Shown here piece after piece: positions 49,501 through 58,600 of a DNA stretch of 64,000 bases. The DNA is from Haliotis rufescens (taxonomy: Eukaryota). The notes beneath the pieces are model-generated. The model was not told the DNA's origin. It ran no database searches and worked only from the letters and a program-made list of their open reading frames with translations. The stretch is taken from the NCBI RefSeq assembly GCF_023055435.1, contig NW_025963846.1, forward strand, positions 2,976,001 to 3,040,000. The letters are read 5' to 3'. The position numbers and the translations under genes are program-made. Positions within the stretch are counted from its first letter, which is position 1. Every line of letters begins with the position of its first letter.

Positions 49501-50134
49501 TCGTCTAAGGCGCCTCGATTCGCTGTGCAGAGTTGCGTCCCTTGGGCACGCCAGAAACCTATGATTGTGGGTTCGAATCCCGGTTCGCCCTGATTATGTT
49601 TCTAGGTTTGTCATCGCCATACCTGTTCTCATGGGTTTCACCGAAGTGGTAAACGTCTGAGACCTGCATCACTTGGGGCTTCCCTACCACATTAAGCTGA
49701 CACGCTGCGATATAACTGGAATACTTTTTAAAGCGGCGTTAAACCCAACTCACTCACTCACTAGAAGTCTGACAGTGTTCTGTGCTCCGTTGGTATCACG
49801 GGTTTAATAAGTTATGACACCTGTTATGGCAAAGAACAGGTACAATTTGTCAGGGCTGTTTTGTTCAACAGGCATTCATTAACTAAGACAAAATTGTTAT
49901 GGATGAGTAACTTCTTTATTACAATTGGGCGACGTTTCGATGTAGATTCTAACACCGTTATCAAGCAAATGACAGTTTAAAGTCATTTCCATACCCTCCA
50001 TGATCTGATGATGGCTATATTGCCGCTTTATGGGTAGATTGTCGTAATATTTCATTAAATTCATGATGGAATTGATGGAAACATTGACTTATATTCTTCT
50101 TTTCAGCGGAGTTCAAGGCTCCTGCGCCGATTGA
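31494..50134 (+). CDS. Single-pass non-classical cadherin: signal peptide + FAMeT(Methyltransf_FA)-like domain + 4 cadherin repeats + Gly/Ala/Met-rich stalk + TM + short tail (~991 aa)
   Basis: Phase-consistent exons 31494-31575, 35583-36047, 38180-38259 (GC donor), 40914-41068, 42655-42848, 43374-43613, 44693-44943, 45951-46140, 46743-48033, 50107-50134 = 2976 nt. Cadherin motifs PEN, DPE, LDFE, DVNDEIP, ATDAD, DINDNTP, DAD, IDYE, AIDGG. Confidence 0.85.
32722..32946 (-). mobile_element. SINE-like family D
   Basis: Homology to family D; (AACC)n tail. Confidence 0.82.
33400..34035 (-). mobile_element. Internally deleted Tc1 element
   Basis: PRLTEAQRNNAIGRLQTG N-terminus joined to a C-terminal LAQALQTDWVKI remnant. 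Confidence 0.7.
34438..35392. repeat. 47-bp satellite (gtgacttgggtaagtcagccacaggatgatatggatagtgtcagata), ~20 copies
   Basis: Period 47 (34492, 34539...). Confidence 0.95.
35583..36047 (+). CDS. Cadherin gene exon, FAMeT-like domain
   Basis: LFEIKGKGQANIILS...YYSVIL...FTQLWISWKNGHIKVGLG...PLLDYKGPQTYGVNFISVFT...GQWRF. Confidence 0.8.
36545..36800 (-). mobile_element. SINE family C, diverged
   Basis: GGTTCGAATCC box and shared tail. Confidence 0.7.
36826..37236 (-). mobile_element. SINE-like family D containing a ~135-bp insertion
   Basis: Homology on both sides; aatcgagt duplicated around the insert. Confidence 0.8.
37532..37696 (-). mobile_element. SINE family A
   Basis: Homology to 41154-41322. 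Confidence 0.85.
37926..38097. mobile_element. pogo/Tigger-like MITE
   Basis: Inverted ends caatcgaacttctttgtgtcga / tcgacacaacgaggttcgact. Confidence 0.6.
38180..38259 (+). CDS. Cadherin gene exon (EC1 start)
   Basis: DNPPVFVVPLPSGSTTISVPENSPVNK; donor AG|GCAAGT. Confidence 0.82.
38653..39172. repeat. 86-bp tandem repeat, ~6 copies
   Basis: Starts at 38653, 38739, 38825, 38911, 38997, 39083. Confidence 0.93.
39555..40780. repeat. 24/25-bp minisatellite (ttattacactgactatcacagtat)
   Basis: Directly visible. Confidence 0.95.
40914..41068 (+). CDS. Cadherin gene exon (EC1)
   Basis: ALFNIMCEDPENDTITL...LDFEKDRQYSLKIE. Confidence 0.88.
41154..41322 (+). mobile_element. SINE family A
   Basis: TSD tgtaaccgatgg; A/B boxes. 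Confidence 0.9.
42492..42667 (+). repeat. 8 x 22-bp tandem repeat spanning a 3' splice site
   Basis: Unit ctatttcag|agcgtttgatggt. Confidence 0.92.
42655..42848 (+). CDS. Cadherin gene exon (EC1/EC2)
   Basis: AFDGLHTV...VVDVNDEIP...IPEE...DATDADRNDDLKY. Confidence 0.88.
43374..43613 (+). CDS. Cadherin gene exon (EC2/EC3)
   Basis: YFAINEANGKLTLKRRIDFD...VTDKG...IDINDNTPSF...NVTE. Confidence 0.92.
43900..44120 (-). pseudogene. Tc1 transposase fragment
   Basis: LQTHIVLPFARKFGRRFVFQDGNVGAH. Confidence 0.65.
44693..44943 (+). CDS. Cadherin gene exon (EC3)
   Basis: AITDADSGGNGKVRF...IDYEEL...LTVGAID...ATVVVE. Confidence 0.9.
44975..45032. repeat. poly-C plus (CA)n microsatellite
   Basis: Directly visible. 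Confidence 0.9.
45492..45755 (+). mobile_element. SINE-like family D, full length
   Basis: Head gactcgtgaagattcgggttagaataggtcttcagc; (AACC)n tail; approximate TSD ccctgagc. Confidence 0.88.
45951..46140 (+). CDS. Cadherin gene exon (EC4)
   Basis: VLPVNEFYPKW...PVGTIVETFRAKDDDKGKDGTVTY. Confidence 0.9.
46497..46660 (-). mobile_element. SINE family A
   Basis: TSD tttgactacag. Confidence 0.88.
46743..48033 (+). CDS. Cadherin gene exon (end of EC4, Gly-rich stalk, TM)
   Basis: ORF 46709..48037: FFMDMYSGQL...VQAIDGG, (GGAGM)n, YGLLLFLGALGSMAVMW-KIKKK. Confidence 0.88.
48660..48766 (+). mobile_element. SINE-like family D, 3' part
   Basis: Homology to family D. Confidence 0.8.
49481..49762 (+). 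mobile_element. tRNA-derived SINE family C, full length
   Basis: A box TGGCCCAGTCG, B box GGTTCGAATCC, (ACTC)n tail. Confidence 0.9.
49925..49972 (-). ncRNA. Candidate minimal type I hammerhead ribozyme (U3-A8 core variant) in a Penelope-like terminal repeat remnant
   Basis: RC: catttgc-TTGATAA-c-ggtgt-tagaatct-acatc-GAAA-c-GTC-gcccaat, then AATAAA; stem I imperfect. Confidence 0.45.
50107..50134 (+). CDS. Probable terminal coding exon of the cadherin gene
   Basis: Strong acceptor ttcttcttttcag; phase 2; (T)GVQGSCAD*; AATAAA near 50218 and 50480. Confidence 0.5.
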
Positions 50135-51135
50135 TACACACAGGTAGAAGCTATTGGCACCACGCTATCTTTGAAATATGACGCGCCTATTGATGAAACG
50201 ACCAACTTGAAACTAACAATAAACGCATTGAAGATGCTAGCATATATATGTACGGTGTCATAGTAGATGTAACACCCCTGTTGGTGATGTTTTGTGAGAA
50301 GAACGATTACAGGAGGACGTTTTAAAAGTTGTTTCAAATGAACCTCACATTTTACTATTTAACCTTCAATGTTTTAACTGACGTATCTGCATGGTTCTGG
50401 CCCCAGATTGTAACAGTAGATCCAATTTGTAGATTAGATTATTACCTTTGAAATGTTATATTTCCTCATGTCTGGTTTCAATAAATCAATTGTCATCGAT
50501 GACCTCGGTGTAATGTGTTATATATATATTCAAACTTAGTATTGTGTGTCTCCTATGAAGGCAGTGAAAACAGACCGAAATTGTGTCCTTGGTCACTTCA
50601 TGAAAACAAATAATTTCAATAAAATATTTGCAACAGTTTAATATCATGACATCATCAGATCGAAAGTACAAACTCAAATAACTAATTGGTAAACATACAA
50701 TTCCAACAACGTCTTTAATATAAAGAGAAAAGTACAATTAATATCCATACAACACTTAATATCCGATAACGAAACGTAATGCTGGATGCTTTGGCAGAGT
50801 TAACATACATCAACCCTATGCTATTAATGCCATCATATCTATATCAAAGAGAAAATAGGTTTTACAATCGCTAAACTCTTTAAGATGAAAATAAAGTGAA
50901 CACCAGTACATTAGATGAAAGTTTTCGGAAAAGAGGAAGAACAACAGTACTTTATCGGGATGAAAAGAACCATTTACTTGATTTCGCTCTGTTGTTCTCG
51001 CAAATGTACCCTTATATCTCGATCGAGCCCTCAATCTGTGTTAGAGCGTAGGCAAAAACATGGGCCCTACGAACAGCACACTAGGGTATAATGTGAAAAC
51101 GGTATAGAGGTCTCTTTAAACTTCCCACTCAATGC

Positions 51136-51305
51136 GGGGGCGGTCGGGTAGCCTTCTGGTTAGAGCGTTCGCTCGTCACGCCGAAGACCCGGGTTCGATT
51201 CCCGACATGGATACAATGTGTGAAGCCCATTTTTGGTGTCCCCTGCCGTGATATTGCTGGAATGTTGCTAAAAGCGGCGTAAAACCATACTCACTCATTT
51301 ACTCT
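51136..51305 (+). mobile_element. SINE family A
   Basis: TSD cactcaatgc. Confidence 0.88.
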
Positions 51306-51819
51306 CACTCAATGCACAAGAAACCCAATATCCTACGAGCCTCTGTAAATATGGCGCGGCGTTGTTTTCTTAAGTGTATCGATTTGAGGACGTGTACTAC
51401 ATGTGACCCAAATAACGTCACCAGAACCTTTAGATGTGCTCCAACATCTGCCAAACCTGCACACATGAACATATACACGGAAATAATCAATTAGATACTG
51501 TGATGAATTGAACGTACATGATTTTGTATTATAAGTTTTTAAACCTTACTTCTTCAAGGTCAAGTAAAGTATACTGTCATAAATAGCCACTGAAAAGGAT
51601 ATATTCTGAGATCGGCGTGTCTGGAAGAATGTTATATAAATAACACGTTTTTTACATTTTACTAATCTACACCACCTGTGTGACCTTAGCAATGTTGTCT
51701 AATGTATCAAAGGTTAATTAAAAGATAATCTTGCAGTAAACAGGAATTAACTTCCTCTTTCAATTGATGTATGCAGGATAGCTTCCGCCAAGTGTGTGGG
51801 GTAAGGCGGGGCGGGGAGG

Positions 51820-52048
51820 GATTTGCGTCCCTTGGACAGCCAGAAACCTATGAGTGTGGGTTCGAATCCCGGTTCGCCCCGATTATGTTTCTAGGTTTGT
51901 CAGCACCATACCCGTGTTCGTGGGTTTCACCGATGTGGTAAACGTCTGAGACCTGCATCACTTAGGGCTTTCCTCCCACATTAAGCTGACACGCCGTGAT
52001 ATAACTGGAATACTGTTAAAAGCGGCATTAAACACAACTCACTCACTT
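51820..52048 (+). mobile_element. SINE family C, 5'-truncated
   Basis: Homology to 49481-49762. Confidence 0.85.
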
Positions 52049-52576
52049 ATTTTCGTCTTGTAATTATATCCAATGCTGAGTATTTACTTCTATTTACATA
52101 ATTTGGTTTAAGAAACTGGCACACATTAGGGATTTTATGGATATATGTCATTAAAGGTAACCTTCAAACGACAATTCAAGACATGAAATCAAACAAAAAT
52201 ATTTTAGGGCAAATATTCAAGCATGCCTACTTCTCTGTAGAATTTAACTTGACAGTTCATTTCTTTTAACCCTGATTCATATTTAAATTGGCACATAAGG
52301 ATATTCTTCAGCACAGCAAGAAATTAATGATATAATAGTATTCAACACACTGAAATGCTGATGAAATAAATGATATACAATAAATACATCAGGAGCTATG
52401 ACTAATAAATCAAATGAAATTAAATATGTCCATTTCACATTTTGTCTTCGATTTCTTTGAAAGGCCAAACATATTCATGTTCAGTTGGTTTTGACGGGGC
52501 GAGATTTCACGAGTGTGTGTCTCCCCGAGCCATTGTACACTGAGGAAACAGTTGAAACATGGAAGTATAACGGATG

Positions 52577-52642
52577 TTAGGCCAGTGGTTCGGGATTTTT
52601 CAGGTAATTCCTGGCAACTTCGAAGCAGAAAGAGTACTGGCT
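52577..52642 (-). CDS. RPTP-2 terminal exon
   Basis: SQYSFCFEVARNYLKNPEPLA*. Confidence 0.85.
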   Translation of the reverse strand, partial: SQYSFCFEVARNYLKNPEPLA

Positions 52643-55600
52643 CTGAAAAAAAACACATACAGAGCTTAGAGAGTGTACAATTCTGAGTGAATGAGATAGG
52701 CATATTAATCCTTCTAAATACACACCATGAACAAGGAAAAACCACAATGAGGTGAGGTGAAATTGGGTTTAACGTCGCGTCCAAGATTATTGCACTTATA
52801 TAGCGACGTGCATGCACGTGTATGTGCGTGTGTGGTTGCTTGTACTAGTCCGGACTGATGCCGATTTATAGTGCTAGCTCACTGAGATACCAAGCCGCAG
52901 TTTAACACGAATACCCCACTCAGACACAGTATACTGACTCCGAGCCGACCAGTCCTTGTTTTAGCCCTTTAATGCCGAGCGCCAGACAGGGTAACAACAA
53001 ATACAATCTTTTAACGTCTTTTTGTATGACGCGGCCGGGGATCGAACCCCGGACCTTCCGCTCTCCGGGCGGACGCTCTACCACAAGACCACGGAGGCGG
53101 TCCACCACAATGAAGCATCAAAACGACATACAACTTTGTTTGTATTTCACCAACCCGAAGCATACTACAGATCAGTTGTTACAACAAAAGGCTCATGCTT
53201 TTAACATACATTCGAGTGGAACAGACCATCGAGTGAGTGGGTTTGGTTTAACGCCGCTTTGAGCAATATTCCAGCAATATCACGGCGGGCGACACCAGAA
53301 ATGGGCTTCACATATTGTACCCATGTCGGGAATCGAACCCGGGTTTTCGGCTTTAACCACTAGGCTACCCGACCGCCCCTGGAACAGACAAGTATTCTCC
53401 CTTAGCACTGTTTGTCATTATTTTGATAAGGTTCCTCAATGGCACTTACAGATGAAGTGATGATGGCGGGTCGAATGCACTGAAGCTCGCGGACAATCAA
53501 GAATATGTCCACTTCCTTGTCCATCTTCAACCGGCTGATGATGTTGGACACTGCACAAAACAAACCTGATCGGCTCGCACCATCCCTGAAAACATGTTTA
53601 ACACCTGGTGTCATCATAGAACTTCAGTGACCTATTCATAAAGTTTTAACCGCTGTTTGCCTTTTACGCCTAGTGGAATCTGATTCAGCGGATAAAAGAA
53701 ACTTGTTGTTCTCTGGCGTTGACGTTTAATATTTACAAATGTAATAGAGACTGGGTTACTGAATGTTGTATTGTGTACCCCGTCCACAATATTTCAACGA
53801 ATTCACGGCGTCCCGTTAATGATAGATTTGGGTAAGGCAAACCAGAGGTTGACTGCATGAGCAAAAATGCATGATATGACACAGTCAACTTGGGTCACAC
53901 AATTTAACCATCATATTGTTGTACACTTGGTACTTGGGACCCTTGACAATCGATCCCGAAGTAGAAGTTATGTTGGATCAAGGTAGAAAATCCCTGGACA
54001 ATAAAAGATTATAATTTCCAAAACGGTTTACATATTTAGATTGTGCCTTTATTGTTTGTACCTGCCAGTGATGATCTGAGATACATCAAACCAAATGATG
54101 AGTAATATATTCTCATTATATGCTCATTTTAACATTCAGGAAGTTAAACGTGGCGAGCGACAATTCAACCTCGACCGGACACACTGTCACGCCCTCGAGT
54201 TGTGAGGGACTTTCCGAATCCTGACGGATAAGTTTTCATCTGGACGCTTTGTCACACGACAGCGGGACTCGCGGACTTACAAGCAATGGACGATGATCGG
54301 GTGTTGTCCGGCGTCCTTCTGCCTCTTCACCAGCATCTCCAGGAGCAGTAGAAGAACAAACTTATTGGTGGGAGTGTCCTCATTAACTGACCAGTCGGGT
54401 ATACTGAACACCTTGACGTGGCGGCTTGGCGTGAAGTCATCCTGAGGAAAGCAAAAACAAGAAGAAAGAAATGTGTACCTTATTAATCCATTGTTAGTGT
54501 ACTGTTTGAGAACGGGAAGTTCCAGAACAGCAAATATACACTGTACAGAAATAGATAGAAATGGCCTAACAATGTGACCAAACAAATGGTATTTGTTAGT
54601 CTCTAAGAATGTTTTTTTATAGCGTTGGATATAGCCCCGATACTTGATGTGCCAAACAATATGACCAAAACGAATGTTATTTGCTTGTCTCTAAGAATTT
54701 CTTTTCATTGGATATAGCCCTGATCCTAGATGTGCCAAACTATGTGACCAAACAAAAGATATTTGCTAGTCTCAAATAATGTTATTTCCATTGGATATAG
54801 CCCTTATGCTAGATTTGCGCATTATATAGGTCAAACAATGTGAAACTTAACATCATCTCCCTCCTTACTTCTTTCTTCAGTAGGCGGATTCTAGGAGTCT
54901 GCCAGATAAGGAGACTGAGGGGGCACTGGCATTAAGAGTGAGTGAGTGATTTAACGCCGTAAGATTTAACGATTTAACAGTATTCCAGTTATATCACGGC
55001 ATGTAAGCTCAATGTGGGAGGAACGCCCGACGTGATGCACACGTTTACCACTTCGGTGAAACCCACGAGCACGGGTATGGTGCTAACAAACCTAGAAACA
55101 TATTCGGGGCAAACCGGAATTCGAAGCAACAATCATAGGTTTCTGGCGCACCCAAAGGAGCAACTCTGCACAGCGAATTGCGGCTCATAGACGACTGGGC
55201 CACCCGTGCCCCAAGTAGCATGAAGATGTTCATGGCCAAACATAATTCTCAAAAAGTCTAAAAAGGAACATGCTTGGTGGATAGTTTGTTGTGTATTTCC
55301 AGCGACATATTAACATGTAGGTACCAAACTGTCTGCTTCAGTCATACATACATTTGAACCTCCTTCTGATGCATGACGTTGGATTTGTCGGAATCAATAT
55401 TAGTGTTCAATTCAAAGAGATAACCATAAAACAATGTCTGTGTGCACCTACCTCGCCCTTAGTTCGTAAAATGACAGTTTTCTCTGGAATTTCCTCTCTC
55501 GTGTTGACTGTAGACTTCAACAGAACCTCAAACTTCCCCACCGACAGAGCCTCGCCTTCCCTCAGAGGCATATATTCTCCGTAGTCCTGTCACATACGTA

Positions 55601-58600
55601 TCTTACTTACTAAAGGAAAGCGAACGCAATGAACCCGATGATCATATCCTATAAATGATATCGTTATGAAAAAGCAAAATATTCACAAAGAATAGTTCAT
55701 TTGAATGTTACTGTAACAGTTACGTAATGTATGACGGAAATATCGGAACTGAATTTTCAGTGTTTAACTATACTGATATTTCATTATAACTGTGAAAAAC
55801 TATTCCAAACATCACTACGATGAAGTAAATGGTGGGAATCACAGCGCCGTCATGGTAAAAAATTAAGGATTCCATCAATTTTCAAAGTAACATGATTTGA
55901 TCCATCTTCGATTATCCAGGATATTACATCTCAATTCTACTTTGATAAGTAGCCTGGATCAATTAGCTACCACAATTTCTTGATAAAACATATTCGAATG
56001 GCACGACTCTAAAATAGCCGTCCAATCAAATAACTCTCGTTACCATGGAAGTGCTGTGATATGTTAGAGTGATGGAGGTGGTGACGTCACGTTCATAACG
56101 AAGCTGCGAATGAGTCCAGGGCCCCATCCCACAAAGCGATCGTAGCGATATGACAGTCATAACTCCCACACTTTAACACTAAAAAAAGTCTTCTTACGAC
56201 ACTCGTACTGCTACGATCGCTTTGTGGATGGGGTCCAGGGTGCCGTTGCACAAAACGACCTTAGCACGACGAGTGTCGTAAGTCTATGTTAAGGTATGGG
56301 TGTTACGATCACCTTGGCGCTAAGATCGCTTTATGGAACGGGGCCCAGGGTATTTATCATACTAGTATGTGGATATAATACACTCAATCATCCAGGATGA
56401 ATATAATCTAATATCGTAAAGTTGATGGGAATGTCTAAATCAAATTATTATTAATCTGCAAACTGAAGCCAAAGATAAAAAATCCTTAACCAGACGAAGA
56501 TTTGCGGCGAAGTGATGTCAAGGGTATTCACCTTCAAGTCGACAGGGTTGAGATCTGGGGGCGTGAGGGACACAATGGTCACCGACTCCTGCTCCTGAGC
56601 TAATGTCCAGAACTGCTCTACGCTGTGGAACAGAGGCTGCTGTGTTACGATGAACCCTCGGCGGTGCAGCACGGACTGGAACAACAACATATAACAACAA
56701 GCATGAAATACTCATTCCCCCGCCAGTGTGATATGTCCGGTTGTGTGCATGGCATCAGCCCTCCGGAAACGAGAACTACCGCCATGTTTAGTCAAAGTCG
56801 TTGCTATGGAAACTCGAAAAATAAAGTTTTCAAAAATCATAAACTAGCAAAAGGCACCAGTTACACTGGGCCTATATATGTGCCAAGTTTGGTGAAGAAA
56901 TATCGTAAGGTTTTCAATATCTACTCCGGAAAGCAGCACAACCGCAATCTTCAGTCTAAGTTACAGTCGTTGTCATTGAAACTCGAAATATATTTTTTTC
57001 AAAAATCTCAAACTATCAAAAGGCACCAGTTCACCACTAGACCTATCTATGTGCCAAGTTTGGTAAAGATGTCTCTTATGTTTTTTAGTTCTGCTCCGAA
57101 AACGAAATGTGACGAACGGTCGGACGGACGGAAGGAGGGTAGGATGGACGGACAACACCCATTCCAGTATCCCCCTTCCACTTCTTGGCGGGGATACTAA
57201 TTATATAAAGTATGTGAGGTGAGATGCGGTTGACGTCGCGTTCAAAATTATTGCACTCATATGGCGAGGTGCAAGCATGAGCGTGCATTGCGTGCGTGCG
57301 TGCGTTTGTGTGTGTTTGTGTGTATGACCGCTTGTACTGGTCTGCTTGTTGGCTTTATAGTGCTAGCCCACTGAGATATCATACCGCTGGTTAACATGAA
57401 CACCCAACTCAAACACTGTTTACCAACTCCAATCCGACTAGTCCTAGTTTTATCACGTTAATGCCGAGCGCCAGGCAGGGTAAAAACAAGTACCATATTT
57501 TAACCTCTATCGGTATGACTATTTTCATATGACGCGGCCGGGGATCAAACCACCGACCTTACGCTCTCCAGGCAGAAATAAGGTCGTAGTCGAAGTCGTA
57601 GTCGTAGTTGTAAATATGTAGTCGTAGCACTTTGGCCCCACTGAGGTGTATTCACTTGAATTTATACTGCTTAAAAATGATAATATAGTATATTACATTG
57701 AAATTAACAGACCAATTAAAACCGCAGCCACGATTTTGTCAACAAATTCTAGTACTGCTTTTTGTGTAGGCCAAGTGTCATTCGTATAAAGAATAAGCCG
57801 TCTGTTCCTGATGCTGCATTTGAGGTTGAATCGAAAACTGCAGTAAGCAGAACATTCTAAAAGACTTAACGCCTCACACAGTCCCAGTTATATGAGGGTT
57901 GTTTGTATATAATGAAGTCTGGACCAGACAATCCAGTGTTTCACATCATGAGCATAGACTCAAACAATTGGGATACGTTGACATGCAATCAGTGAAGACC
58001 GAGCCTAGCCATCCGAACCATTTGGTCGCCTCTTACAAGCATAGGCAGCTGGGAAAGTATCTTCTTACCAGGAATTCCCACTGGTGATCAAGTATATAAG
58101 GGGTTTGTACACATTAGTGATGCAGGTCTCAGACGTTTACCACTTCGGTGAAACCCACGAGCACAGGTATGGTGCTGACAAACCTAGAAACGTAATCGTG
58201 GCGAACCGGGATTCGAACCCACAATCATAGGTTTCTGGCGTGCCCAAGGGACGCAACTCTGCAGAGCGAATTGCAGCGCCTTAGAGGACTGGGCCACCCG
58301 TGCCCCCCACTTATTGAAGTCATGGTCAAAAATAAATTCAATGTGTAAAACATACCTCTCTTGTATTGTAAGGTTAACAATATAAGTATTGGTGATAAGC
58401 TTGTTACGTCTTACCGGTAGATACACGGCGTTGATGTAAGGGTTTTGGTTTCCTGATGTTCCTTTCAAAACAACACGGTGGAGAACACCTGAAATAAAGA
58501 CCACATAGCGTCACCATGATTGATCAAAATACTGAAGACGTATAGAATATAGTTTTAGAAAAGCGAATAAGTTCGGTTTAAAGTCGCTAAGAAAAATTTA

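Noticed and set aside
56625-57200. 191-aa + strand ORF
   Set aside because: Lies in a non-coding HINE-like repeat and antisense to an RPTP-2 exon; no recognisable domain
58115-58308. SINE C in the same intron and orientation in both RPTP paralogs, as a shared ancestral insertion
   Set aside because: Offsets from the donor differ (10 vs ~105 nt), and the SINE copies are far more similar than the paralogs; independent insertions are more likely
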